DNA from: an uncultured Planctomycetota bacterium
GTDB taxonomy: Bacteria > Planctomycetota > Planctomycetia > Isosphaerales > Isosphaeraceae
DNA: 64,000 nucleotides
Direction: 5' to 3'
Assembly (NCBI GenBank): GCA_963823665.1
Contig: CAWGMQ010000010.1
Coordinates: 2,048,001-2,112,000 of the forward strand
This document shows, one piece after another, positions 1-10,193 of the stretch. Within the stretch, counting starts at the first letter, position 1, and each line of letters begins with the position of its first letter. Under the pieces are notes generated by a model. The model searched no databases. It saw only the letters and a program-made list of their open reading frames with translations, and was not told where the DNA came from. A program made the position numbers and the translations under genes.

Positions 1-173
1 CGAGAAAGTATTGGCCGCGATCCGACTCGGTTTGAAGCCGGAGAGGGTGAATTGGCGGCGGACGGCGTGCGGGATGATCTCCCTCCCGACCAAGTCGTAA
101 ACGATCGATCGCGGGCGTCGGCGTCGCGCCGAACCGACGACCAAGAGGGACGTCGAGCCCAAGACATGGGCAT
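1..173 (-). CDS. possible 5' part of a gene running off the left edge (MPMSWARRPSWSSVRR...)
   Basis: Open frame from ATG at 173 to the window edge, co-oriented with the two upstream genes; no recognisable motif or SD. Confidence 0.25.
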   Translation of the reverse strand, partial: MPMSWARRPSWSSVRRDADARDRSFTTWSGGRSSRTPSAANSPSPASNRVGSRPILS

Positions 174-302
174 TGGAGAGGAGGAACGGTTTGGCCGAGT
201 CGGCGATGTCGATTGCACGCCATCCCCCCAAGCCGAGGTTTGGACGACGCGTGAAGAACCGGCGACATATCAGCCGGTAATCAGGCGTCCCGGAGCGGAT
301 GA

Positions 303-668
303 TCAACAGCGGAGGGGGTAGAGGGTCAGGATCGACCGGGGAACGATCAACTGGCGATCGGGGACTTTGCAGAAGGAACACGGGATCAGGAACGAAACTC
401 GAGGCTCGTCCAGAGGATCGGCCCGATCCTGCTCTTCGTTCTCGGAAGGAAGGGCGTTTACCTGGAGGACGGCGTAGGTGGCCATCGGTGCGCTGAGACG
501 GGTCGTAGGCTCGCCCGGGGGTAGGGCGATATTGCGGGGGGGGCAATCGGGTCGGGCCGAGACCAAGACGAAACGAGAAGTCCGAATAGGCGCAACCAGC
601 ACCGACGCCAGCAGCGCCAGCGAGGATATAAGCCAGAGCATCCAGACGAGACTTCTACGGTCGGGCAT
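303..668 (-). CDS. small hypothetical protein with N-terminal hydrophobic helix, C-terminus ...LYPLRC
   Basis: 121-aa ORF, AGGGG before the ATG, hydrophobic LVWMLWLISSLALLASVLVAP, co-oriented downstream of the TolC gene. Confidence 0.55.
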   Translation of the reverse strand: MPDRRSLVWMLWLISSLALLASVLVAPIRTSRFVLVSARPDCPPRNIALPPGEPTTRLSAPMATYAVLQVNALPSENEEQDRADPLDEPRVSFLIPCSFCKVPDRQLIVPRSILTLYPLRC

Positions 669-998
669 GGCCCCTCGCTTCTCGAACGTCGTGATTCGAG
701 GCTCGCAGTCGTCCGGCGAGATGGCTTTCTACCAGATCGCTTCGCGAATTCTCTGGCTGCCCGGGTGAAGCACACAGCCTCGCACCAAAAACTCCTTCGA
801 CGTGCGAGGAAACCCCCATATTCCGGACAAACAATACACGACATCCAAGTCCTAGAATTTATAGCTTCGCTATCGCCGGAAGTCAAGAGACGGCCGTTGG
901 TTGTTCGAGACATGGCAACCGGTGCAAGGTGCGTATTCCCTGGTGACTGCGCCCACGCTCACGTGCACCTGTGGGTCACAGAAGAGCTTGCCAGGCGG

Positions 999-2885
999 TC
1001 ACTTGCCCGTCATCGCCGGCTCTGGCCACGCCGCTGGTGGGTTGATGCCGCCGGCGGCTCTGACGGCGGCGTCTTCGGTCGGCTTCTGGCTGAACGGGCC
1101 AGGCACGCCTGCGGGTGGCGGCACGGGCAGGGGGGGGGCGGTCGCCGGTTCGCCGGCGGGCACGGTATCGGGGACGGGTGCGGCAGGCGCGGGGACCTCC
1201 TGGATCAGGGCCGGGTCGAGCTGATTGACCGGCGGGATGATGATCTTGTCGCCGACCTTCAGGCGGTCGAGGCCGGGAACGGCATCCTTGTTGGCTGCCC
1301 AGAGGGCCTTGCCATACCGGCTCGACCGGTAGTAGAGCAGGGCGATCGTCCAGAAGTTCTCGCCGTTGCGGACCGTGTGGATGTACGGGAATTTACCTTG
1401 AAAGTCTGGAGGAATTGCAATCGTGTACACACCGCCGCCCAGGGCTTGATAGGTATTCACGACGGCAGAGAGTTGCTCCGTCTTGGTGTCGATCATGACC
1501 ACTCTCGCATCCCTCAAGTCACGCTGGCTGAAGAGCACGTCGATGTATTCGATGCGGGCATTCTGAAAAAGATCCTCGGCGTACTGGACTGCGTTCTCGA
1601 GCGTTTTCAACTGCTGCCTCTTGATCTCGATGCTCTTGCTGTAGTTCTCCACCATGGTCATGCGGTTGATAACCTGGGTGAAGGCCTCGAGGATAACGCG
1701 CTGGTATTTGTAGATGGCCTGCAATTGCGTGGCGTTCGCGGTGAGGTACATGGCCCTGATCGCTCTCTTGTTGACGAGCGGCCCGACCAGGCCACCGGCG
1801 ATATCGCCAATCACGGCATTCGGCTCGAAGAGATGATTCAGAATCAAGGACTGGAGGCCAACGCCGCCGCTGATCACCAGTTGAGGAAAGAAGTTGACCC
1901 GGGCGACCTTGACGTCGAGCCCGGTAGCCGCCAGCTCGCGCTCGGCCTGGCGGATATCGGGTCGGTTCTGGAGGAGCTGCGAGGGCACTCCTACGGCCAG
2001 CGGATGAATTTCCAGCTCGTAGAATCGCGTAGAATCGCGTTCGACACGCTGCGGGTAGCGATTGACGAGGAAGTTGATCCGGTTTTCGCCCTGGATGATC
2101 GACTGATTGATGATCAGCTTTTCGCTGTAGTTCCTTTGAAGCTCGGCCTGGAACCGCAGGACGCCCAGCTCGGTGCTGCGGGCGGCTTCCTTCCTGGCCT
2201 TGGCAATCTCGAGGCTTCGCGTCTGAAGCTCGATGATTTGATCCAGGTTCTCAAGCCGTTTGTCGAGCCCCATGAGCCTGTAAAAATTCTCGGCAATCTC
2301 TGCGACCATGGTGGTCACGAAGTAGTTCCGCTTCTCACTGGCGACGACGTAGCGCTGGGCCGCCGCGTCCCTGGCATTCCGCAGTTGCCGGTAGATGTCA
2401 AGCTGCCAGGTGAGGTTGACGCCCGTCGCGAAATTCCCCGACGGATTGGTAAAGTGCTTCCCGGGTAGATACTCGTCGTCGAGAATTCCGGCTCCTTCTT
2501 CGGTGAAGCGGCTGTATCGGTTCAGCCCCGAGCTGGCCGCGACGCTGACGAAGGGAAGATACGCCCCTGATCGCGCCAGAACTTCGTTGCCGGCGATCTG
2601 GACGTCCTCATTCAGGACCTTCAGCTCCCGATTTTCGACCAGCGCCTTTTCGATCAACATTGTAAGCATGCGATCGTTGTAAAACTGTTCGATCCCGAGC
2701 TGACCTGAGTTATCCGGGCTGGTCGCACCATTATAGTCTGTCGGCAGGCCCGGTCCCGGCTCCGGATTACGGAGAGGGGGGATTCCACAGGACGGCAGAA
2801 CCAGCAGCATGATGCTGCAAGCGATCGCTCGCGCAATCACGAGCTTCATCTGCTTTGCGTTCGAAGACCTCACGCGCTGATGCAT
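999..2885 (-). CDS. TolC/NodT-family outer membrane efflux lipoprotein with C-terminal LysM domain and Pro-rich tail
   Basis: Lipobox LLVLPS-C; OEP-family motifs (LIEKALVENRELK, TWQLDIYRQLRNA, VPSQLLQNRPDIRQAERELAA, YQALGGG); then HTVRNGENFWTIALLYY...LWAANK...LKVGDKIIIP. Start 2885 or 2849. Confidence 0.9.
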   Translation of the reverse strand: MHQRVRSSNAKQMKLVIARAIACSIMLLVLPSCGIPPLRNPEPGPGLPTDYNGATSPDNSGQLGIEQFYNDRMLTMLIEKALVENRELKVLNEDVQIAGNEVLARSGAYLPFVSVAASSGLNRYSRFTEEGAGILDDEYLPGKHFTNPSGNFATGVNLTWQLDIYRQLRNARDAAAQRYVVASEKRNYFVTTMVAEIAENFYRLMGLDKRLENLDQIIELQTRSLEIAKARKEAARSTELGVLRFQAELQRNYSEKLIINQSIIQGENRINFLVNRYPQRVERDSTRFYELEIHPLAVGVPSQLLQNRPDIRQAERELAATGLDVKVARVNFFPQLVISGGVGLQSLILNHLFEPNAVIGDIAGGLVGPLVNKRAIRAMYLTANATQLQAIYKYQRVILEAFTQVINRMTMVENYSKSIEIKRQQLKTLENAVQYAEDLFQNARIEYIDVLFSQRDLRDARVVMIDTKTEQLSAVVNTYQALGGGVYTIAIPPDFQGKFPYIHTVRNGENFWTIALLYYRSSRYGKALWAANKDAVPGLDRLKVGDKIIIPPVNQLDPALIQEVPAPAAPVPDTVPAGEPATAPPLPVPPPAGVPGPFSQKPTEDAAVRAAGGINPPAAWPEPAMTGK

Positions 2886-3131
2886 CCGCTCGTCCTTGAG
2901 GAGTTTGCGCTTGTCGGGAATCCGGCCCAACAAGCAATAGTCGATCGACTCCTGGCTCGTGCAGGGCTCATTCATGAGCGTCCTCAGCGAATGGTCCAAT
3001 GGGCCATGCCAGCGCAGGACTGTCTATTGATCGACGAATGCGGGTTATGACTTTAGTAGCGGATTACGCGATTGGGAGAAATGGAGACGGTAGAAGGGTA
3101 AATCGGCCCGACAAGGCGCAGCAGAAGACCC

Positions 3132-3719
3132 CTAGTCGTTCAGTCCCCTGCCCTCGAGGATTTGCTGCATCCACTTTTCAACCCTCGACTCCCGAGTTTT
3201 GGATTGTTTGGGCGCAGAAAAATGGAGGATGTACGCTCTTTGCCGTCCCGGCGTCAGCGCATCAAAAGCGGCTTTCAAGGCAGGGATTGCATCTAGTTTA
3301 TTTTGAAACTCTTCAGGAATTGAGAATTCCGATGACTTTTTGAAATCCACTTTCAAGCCGGCTTCTTCCACCAGAATGGCTTCACGAATATAGGCTTTCA
3401 AGGTGGTTTTCAACTTGACTATTTCCCGAACATTGGTGAATCGGATCTGGCGCCCCGCCTGCACATTCTTGGTTTGCTGGATCAGAATACCATTGGCATC
3501 ATGCAACAAGGCGCCTTTGAAAAACAAAAGCGCACAGTATTCTTTAAATATATGTATCAAAACAATATTATGTTTCTGAAACGTGTAACACGGAACACCC
3601 CACTTCAATTCTTCGGTAAGCTGACAGTCAAGAACGATCGTTCTCAAAACCTCCAATTCTTCCTGCCACTTCTTGGCTTTACTAAAATAAAAATCAACCT
3701 TCGGGTTCATTTTGTTCAT
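3132..3719 (-). CDS. YdeI/OmpD-associated family protein (DUF1801 + YdeI C-terminus)
   Basis: MNKMNPKVDFYF...EELKWGVPCY...ALLFFKGALL...AFDALTPGRQRAYILHFSAPKQSKTRESRVEK; ATG 3719 overlaps the sigma stop (ATGA). Confidence 0.9.
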   Translation of the reverse strand: MNKMNPKVDFYFSKAKKWQEELEVLRTIVLDCQLTEELKWGVPCYTFQKHNIVLIHIFKEYCALLFFKGALLHDANGILIQQTKNVQAGRQIRFTNVREIVKLKTTLKAYIREAILVEEAGLKVDFKKSSEFSIPEEFQNKLDAIPALKAAFDALTPGRQRAYILHFSAPKQSKTRESRVEKWMQQILEGRGLND

Positions 3720-4999
3720 TGATTGATACTCCGAAAGATGTCGCCTCCATCGCCCTGGCAGAGGGTGATGCGGCGGCGCAAGAATTCTTGATCGGCGCGG
3801 GCAGTAGTAAAGCGTAAGGCTTCCCGCCAGGCGCGTAGGGCGGCGGAGTGTCGACCGAGCCGGAAATTTAGCTCGCCGATCACCACGTGCCAACCGGGAT
3901 AACGGGCGGGAACGTTGCTGGGAAGAACGGCGGCCAGGCGATCGAGGCCGGCTTGCGGGCCGTGCAGGTAAGCTTCGGCGACCGCACGGTTCAAGGAGTG
4001 GAGCGGCGACGGCGCGATGCGATCGAGCGTATCGTAAAGTTCGGCGATCCGTCGCCAATCGGTGTCGGCGAAGGAGGGCGCGCGGCAGTGCTCCCAGGCG
4101 ATGCCCGCTTCCACGTGATAGCGCGAGAGCTCGTCGCCCGCGGCTGACCTGGCGAGCCATGCCATGCCTTCACGCACGTCGCTCCAGTTCCAGGCGGAGC
4201 GATCCTGTTCTTCGAGCAGAACGATGGCGCCGCCCTTAGCGACGCGCGCGTCGAAGCGGGCCCCGTGGAAGCACAAGAGCGCGAGCAGGGCATGGACCGC
4301 CGGGACGTCCTCGACGGGATGGGCGGCGAGCATCCGCGCCAGCCGGCGGGCCTCGTCGCACAGGTCGCGGCGGATTGGCACGTCGCCGTGGGTGACGTGG
4401 CAGCCCTGGCTGAAGAGGAGATAGATGACCGCGAGGACCGCGTCCAGCCGAGCGCAAAGCTGGGCCGCAGCCGGCGTCTCAAAATCCACGTCCAGCTTGC
4501 GCAGCCGATCCCGCGCCCGCTCGATCCGCTTCTGGACGTTGGCCTCGGTGGTGAGTAGCGCGCGAGCGATCTCCGCGGTGCTGAAACCGCATAGCGTCCG
4601 CAGCGCCATGGCGACGCGCGATTCGGCCGGCACCGCTTCGTGGCAGCAGACGAAGAGCAACCGAAGGGGCTCGTCGCCGATCTCGTCCACGAAAAAGGTG
4701 TCCGGCGGCGACGATTCCCGCTCGGCCTCATCGGCCAGGCGCGGCAACGCGTGGGCGTGGGTTCGCTCCCGCCGCAGCGCGTCGATCGCCAGGTTGCGGG
4801 CGGTGCGGAAGAGCCAGCCCGCCGGGTCTTCAGGTACGCCGCGCCGGGACCAGGTTTCCAAGGCCTGCACGAGCGCGGCTTGCACGACGTCCTCGACGAG
4901 CTCGAGCCGGCGCACGCCGAGCGACCGGGTCAGCAAGGCGACAAGCCGGCCGAACTCGTGGCGAAAAAAGTGCTCCACCAGCGCGCACGGTTCGCTCAT
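3716..4999 (-). CDS. ECF sigma-70 factor with C-terminal TPR-like extension (ECF42-like)
   Basis: FRHEFGRLVA...VEDVVQAAL...WLFRTARNLAIDALRR (sigma2), LRTLCGFSTAEIARALL (sigma4), LEEQDRSAW, YHVEAGIAWEH, LNRAVA; follows a DGPF/YciI gene. Confidence 0.9.
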   Translation of the reverse strand: MSEPCALVEHFFRHEFGRLVALLTRSLGVRRLELVEDVVQAALVQALETWSRRGVPEDPAGWLFRTARNLAIDALRRERTHAHALPRLADEAERESSPPDTFFVDEIGDEPLRLLFVCCHEAVPAESRVAMALRTLCGFSTAEIARALLTTEANVQKRIERARDRLRKLDVDFETPAAAQLCARLDAVLAVIYLLFSQGCHVTHGDVPIRRDLCDEARRLARMLAAHPVEDVPAVHALLALLCFHGARFDARVAKGGAIVLLEEQDRSAWNWSDVREGMAWLARSAAGDELSRYHVEAGIAWEHCRAPSFADTDWRRIAELYDTLDRIAPSPLHSLNRAVAEAYLHGPQAGLDRLAAVLPSNVPARYPGWHVVIGELNFRLGRHSAALRAWREALRFTTARADQEFLRRRITLCQGDGGDIFRSINQ

Positions 5000-5009
5000 G
5001 TGGGTTCGC

Positions 5010-5345
5010 TCATGCGTAGCCGGCAAATTCGCGGATCTCGATCGTGTGGCCGGGCGGGCACGCACGTGCGACCTCGAGCGCCGCGTCGTAGTTGTCGGCC
5101 TGGATGACCCCGAAGCTGACGATGATTTCCTTGGCTTCGACATAGGGACCGTCGGTCACGAGTGCGTCCTTCAAGACTCGGCCGGTTGGCTTCAATCCGT
5201 CGCCGCCGGGCAAAATTGCCGAGCTGAACTTCTGCATCCATGTGTACCAGGCTGCCTGCAAAGCCTGCATTTCCTCAGGAGACGGCTTGCACCCTTTGGC
5301 GTGGCTCTCCGTGGATTCGCGATAGATGAACAGAAACTTCGCCAT
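5010..5345 (-). CDS. YciI/DGPF family protein
   Basis: MAKFLFIYR...VTDGPYVEAKEII...DAALEVARACP...IEIRE; GGAG SD before ATG 5345. Confidence 0.9.
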   Translation of the reverse strand: MAKFLFIYRESTESHAKGCKPSPEEMQALQAAWYTWMQKFSSAILPGGDGLKPTGRVLKDALVTDGPYVEAKEIIVSFGVIQADNYDAALEVARACPPGHTIEIREFAGYA

Positions 5346-5408
5346 GACGGTTCTCCACACGGTTTCGCACTCGCGGGCGGAGGCCTGTCCTCCGCGTCGT
5401 GTGAGTAC

Positions 5409-5435
5409 AACGAACAAGCTGCAACCGTTCGGACA
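5409..5435 (-). promoter_or_regulatory. candidate ECF-type promoter for the yciI-ECF-ydeI operon
   Basis: Minus strand TGTCCG-N17-CGTT about 65 nt upstream of the YciI start, resembling the TGTCGA / CG(A/T)C ECF42 consensus. Confidence 0.35.
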
Positions 5436-5677
5436 CCGGCGCGGGATAAAAACTTCGACGCGCCGGATACGACGACCGAAATCCTTATTTCTAAGTGATA
5501 TAGGGCGAATTCGCTCGCGCGAATTGCCCGGCCCGACTTGAGTACCCCGGTCGATCCAGCGTGCTCGGGCTGCTCGACTTCTTGCGGGCGGGCTCATGGG
5601 AGGCCATGATGACCAGTTCGACTGGGGGGACAACTTGTTACGGATCGCCGCCGTTGGGAGGAATAGGGGGAACAGCC

Positions 5678-5917
5678 GTGGATGTCACGCTCGAATACTG
5701 TGCACTTTGAAACTATGAACCTCAAGCCGTCAGTTTGACGGCCAAGCTCTTGCCGCGTTACAAGCAGGCGATCAGTCGTTTCGTCATGATTCCCTCCAAG
5801 GGAGGCTGCTTCGAGCTTACTGTGGGTGGCAGGAAGCTCTACTCGAAGCTCAAGACAGGCACTTTCCCCGACGAAGACGAACTCATTGAAGCCGTGGGCA
5901 AGGTGATCGGGGCTTGA
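5678..5917 (+). CDS. Rdx (SelT/SelW/SelH) family selenoprotein, Sec at TGA 5708-5710
   Basis: GTG start after GGGGGAA; reads MDVTLEYCAL-U-NYEPQAVSLTAKLL...MIPSKGGCFELTVGGRKLYSKLKTGTFPDEDELI; CxxU motif and downstream hairpin. Confidence 0.88.
5726..5742 (+). promoter_or_regulatory. candidate bacterial SECIS hairpin
   Basis: GCCGTCA-GTT-TGACGGC perfect 7-bp stem; loop G lies 23 nt after the UGA. Confidence 0.7.
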
Positions 5918-5976
5918 GCACGCGTCAGCCAGGTCAGCCGTCCCGCGCCCGCCGCGGGGTGCGCTTGGGAACGTGA

Positions 5977-7441
5977 TCACGCCCGCGGTTGCCGGGCGGC
6001 GATGGTCCGGTCTGCCCACGACTTTGACCGAGCGTTCGGGATCGTGCCGCCGAATGCCAGATTGGCCGAGTGGGTCGCCAGGATCGTCGTCATGATGACC
6101 AGCTCGCCCACGCTGCGTGTGAAGTTGTCGCCGCGTGCCGGATCAATCGGCGAAACGGAATCGGTGGCCGTGAGCGGAGCGCGCTGCGCGATATCGACGT
6201 CAGAGGCGCTGGCGGCGCTCGCGCTCATCACTGTCGGGGCGGTGAATGAGGCGGATTCGGCCTGATCGGTCAGGAATACCTCTCTATGGAGGTCGAAAAC
6301 GGCGTCGCCTCCGGCCTTTTCCTCGGCCTCGGCCGGCGCCGGAACGCCGACGGCGTCAGAGACAGTCGAACCCGGCAACTCGCGCGTGCCGGCAAACGGA
6401 TCGAAGGCGAACATCTCTGGCTTGCTGACGTCTTGGCCGGGTCCGAGGGAAGTTGAGCTCGGCGCGGAATTGGCGATGGCGGCGGTGCCGGCGACGGTGC
6501 TGAGATTCGCACCATCGCCCGGATTGCCGGTCTGGCCCATGATGGGGCTACCGCTGCCGCTCGTGCCGATCAGGCTTGCAGAAGCGCTCACCGAGCCCCC
6601 AGCGCTAGCGAAGAGAGCACCGGCTATCGCGATGGGGCTGGTTCCCTGCGTATTCTGGGTAACGAGTATTGGGGACGCGGTCGAAATGTTGTCGGAAAAC
6701 CTGCCGGCCACGGCACCGTGGAGGCGTTCGAAATTCTCCGGCGAACCTGTCCATGAACGCCGGAACGGGCGCGGGGGCGGTGGTTAACCCTCCGATCGTC
6801 GCCGAGTTCGTGGCGAGGGTGCCGTAGACCAGGGTCAACTGGCCGGTGACGACGGGAATTCCTCCTGCGGTGCTACCGGAGCTTGACCCCGAGGCGGTAT
6901 TCGTCGTTGTACCGGGGTTCGCGGTCGTCGTCGCGTTGCCTGGTGTGTTTGTCGCGTTACTCGCTGCGCTGGTCGCGTTGCCTGCTGGATTTGTTGCAGG
7001 GCTTGGCGAGGTCGAAACCGCGCCTCCGGCGGAGGATGCCGAGTTGCTGGCGACTGTGCCGGCCGCTCCCGAGCCGGTGGCGGAGTTGCTCGACGACGCG
7101 GAATCCGACCCGTTGACCGGGCCTCCGCCGCTCCAGATCGCACCACCGGCCTGCGCGGGATTGCCCGGTAACAATGGACCGCCGATCGTCACGATCCCCG
7201 AGGCGACAAAGGTCCCCTCGAGACTACCGATTGTGCTGATCGCGGCGATGCTCGCGCCGGGGGTTCCGATGTCCGCAACATGGGTCAAGTTCATGACGTG
7301 GATCGACGGTGATCCCGAGAGCATCAGGCGACCCTCGAGCCAATCCGGACGAAGCTCCGACGTGCGACCTCGCTGGTGATTCGTGGCGCGCGACAGATTC
7401 GGAAAAAGTCGAGAACGTGTGATGCGTTCGATGCGGTCCAT
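5977..7441 (-). CDS. Ser/Thr/Ala/Gly-rich extracellular protein with planctomycete N-terminal motif; frameshift near 6735
   Basis: MDRIER...LRPDWLEGRLMLS then low-complexity sequence; continues in another frame as ..ENFERLHGAVAGRFSDNISTASP..; AAGGAG SD. Confidence 0.65.
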
Positions 7442-7709
7442 CGGTGCTCCTTCACGGATTGGGGCAAGGCAAAAGTGGCCCACTGAAACCGGCAACGACT
7501 TTGGCGCAGCAACATAAAATGCTGGCGACGATCCAGGTGACGTGTTTATGCACGGTATTCGCGAATGGTATCTCCGACGATTGGGGTGACGCAATACGGC
7601 GGCGAAAAAGACGGTCGGGCTGCATAGAGATCATTTATTCACTTGGAGGTCCAACTCATATGGCGTGTTCGCCGCCACGGCAGGAAAAACCATCCAGAAA
7701 ACGCCAGCC

Positions 7710-8337
7710 TATGGAGACGCTCGAGGAGCTCAAGCGGCTGCGGACGATCCCGAAGGTCAAGCCGGCCGAGGCAGGCGGCAAAGTCGAGGCCACGATCCCC
7801 TTCCCGAGCGCCGGCCGCGACGTTTCGGCGGCCGACGTGGCGCAATCGCTCTTGACCGGCCGGTTCATGCCGAATGGGGACGGATCGAACGCTCCAGAGG
7901 TGGCTCAGGAAACGACTCCGCCAGCCGAAAGCGGTTCGGAAGTCATTTCCTCCTCGTCGCTGTCTCTGCCAGGGGGCGAGTCGCGGGGCAAATCGCGGCG
8001 CCAGGCGTACTGGCAGGGCGTGGCGCGGATCGGGCAGCAGGTGGCCGAGGCACTAGCGTACGCCCATGGCCAGGGAATCATACACCGCGACATCAAGCCG
8101 TCGAACCTGCTGCTCGACAACAAGGGGACGGTCTGGGTCGCCGACTTCGGCCTGGCGAAGGCCTCGGACCAGCAAGACCAGACGCATACGGGAGACCTCC
8201 TGGGCACGCTGCGCTACATGCCGCCGGAAGCCTTCGGCGGCAAGGCCGACGCCCGCGGTGATATTTATTCGCTTGGCCTGACGCTCTACGAGCTGCTCGC
8301 ATTCCGCCCGGCGTTCGACGAGGGGGACCGGGACCGA
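7710..8337 (+). pseudogene. Ser/Thr protein kinase fragment (subdomains VI-IX only)
   Basis: YWQGVARIGQQVAEALAYAH..IIHRDIKPSNLLL..DFGLAK..GTLRYMPPE..DIYSLGLTLYELL; no Gly-loop or VAIK; similarity ends abruptly after RPAFDEGDR. Confidence 0.8.
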
Positions 8338-9450
8338 AACGATCACGGGCCGGGCGGCGAGCGTGACGGTCGACGCCGGCGGGAACAGCCGGGTGTTCCA
8401 GGTCGATGCCATTGTCACCGCGTCGATCTCGGGGATGACGATCAGCGGAGGAAGCAACGCGTCTTACGGCGGGGGCCTGCTCAACAGCGGGCGGGGCACG
8501 ATCGGGATCACCGGTTGCACCGTCGGCGACAATTCCGCGAGCTCCGGCGGCGGGCTCTACAATAATGACGCCACGGCGAATCTGGATGCCACCACGATCG
8601 GCGGCAACTCCGCGGGCTCGGGCGGTGGAATTGACAAAATGGACGATGGCGGCGCCACGCTCGAAGACACGATCGTTGCCGCCAATACGGGGACAGGCGG
8701 CACGCCCACTGACATCGGCGGTGCCAGCGCTACGGGAGTCGTCGGCACGTATGATCTGGTGGGGACCGGCAGCGCCGGGGGAATCGCCGGCGGCACAGGC
8801 GACATTGTCCTCTCCAGCCTGAGCGGCTTGGGGCTTGCCTCGCTCGGCGACTACGGCGGTTCGTCCGAGACCATGCCCTTGCTACCCGCCAGCGCCGCGA
8901 TCGATACCGGCACCACGATCCCGGGGGTCTCAACCGACCAGCGCGGCCTCCCCCCTCAAGCTCGACGCCCGACATCTGTGCGTTCCAGAGCCAGGGATTC
9001 ACGTTCTCGGTCGTCGCCGGCAGCACCCCCCAGCTCGTGGCCACCGACGCCGAGTTTGCCAATCCGCTGGCGGTCATCGCCACTCCGATCAATCCCGTCG
9101 AGCCGGTGGCTGGCGGGGTCGTGACGTTCACCGTCAATCCGGGCCCGAACGGTGCCGGGGCCACCCTCTCCCCGGCGACTGCGATCATCGGATCAGCCGG
9201 AATTGCCGAGGTCACCGCCACGGCCAATTCCATCGACGGGCCTTACACGGTCACCGCAACGGCCGCGGGCGGCACGCCGACGATCGATTTCGATTTGAAG
9301 AACCTGATCAGGCTCACGTTCTCGGGAGTAACCAATCAGAGCATCACCTACGGCCCATCGAGCGAGACCCTTTCCGGCACGCTGGCCAACGGCACTCAAA
9401 ATGCCGATCAAGATCATCTACAGCGGCGATTCTGATTTCATGTCCAGCAC
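8336..9450 (+). pseudogene. fragment of a planctomycete beta-helix/Ig surface protein (choice-of-anchor Q-like), frameshift near 8955
   Basis: ETITG..VTVDAGGNSRVFQVD, GGGLYN/GGGID repeats, LGDYGGSSETMPLLPASAAID, DQRG..PDICAFQSQG, ITYG; lacks a proper N- and C-terminus. Confidence 0.7.
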
Positions 9451-9865
9451 GGCGACTCCGCCGGAGCTCGCGCGGTCGGGACTCAAGAGCCTGGCGCGGC
9501 CGATGATCGGGGAGACAGGGCACGCAGCGCAACGCCAACACTTTCGCGGTGGTCCGAAGATGTAGGCAGCCCTAACCCATTTCATTCTGGAACGGTTCGG
9601 ATCTCCCGACGGTGCCTGGGCCCGACGAATCCCCTCGAAGGATACCACCGCGCGCGGGAGAATTGCTACTTTCGGAATGCTGCGAATGGCTGGACCTGCC
9701 GCCAAAATCGCCTTCAAAATGGACCCGAAATACAGCCATATCTGAATGCTGGTGCTGGAGTAGGTCCTGGCCTGAGTGTGATGTCCCAAACATGCGCATT
9801 CGCTGAATTGTCGGAAATTTCATTTTTCCTGTCCTGCTTTCCTAGGTACGCGCTGGGTATAGTGT

Positions 9866-10174
9866 ATGGGTACCTTCTTGGCCAAGACGCCCCACGACCC
9901 GGTCGACCCGAACGAGCAGGTCAGCGGCGGCGACCGCAGGGCGCTGCCAACGCTCTTCGAGCAGCATCGCGAGCGGCCCCGGCGGTTGGTGGATCTGCGC
10001 CTGGACCCCCGGATTCGAGCCCGGCTCGACGGGTCGGAGCTCGTCCGGGATGCGTTCCTCGACGTCGCCCGCGAGCGCAACGAGCGACCGGAGTTGGTGT
10101 ACGCGCCGTTCGCGTTGGCTCGACATTGGCGAGGAAAGCCGCCGGACACAGGCCACTTGAGGATCACCGGCTGA
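9866..10174 (+). pseudogene. truncated planctomycete-type ECF sigma factor (region 2 only)
   Basis: GDRRALPTLFEQHRERPRRLVDLRLDPRIRARLDGSELVRDAFLDV matches the family N-terminus with substitutions; no region 4. Confidence 0.7.
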
Positions 10175-10193
10175 ACCACGGGACGCAAATCTG

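Noticed and set aside
2018..2040. 10-nt tandem repeat CGTAGAATCG in the TolC gene
   Set aside because: The frame and family similarity are intact; probably chance.
765..2468. 567-aa plus-strand ORF
   Set aside because: Antisense shadow of the TolC gene; no motifs.
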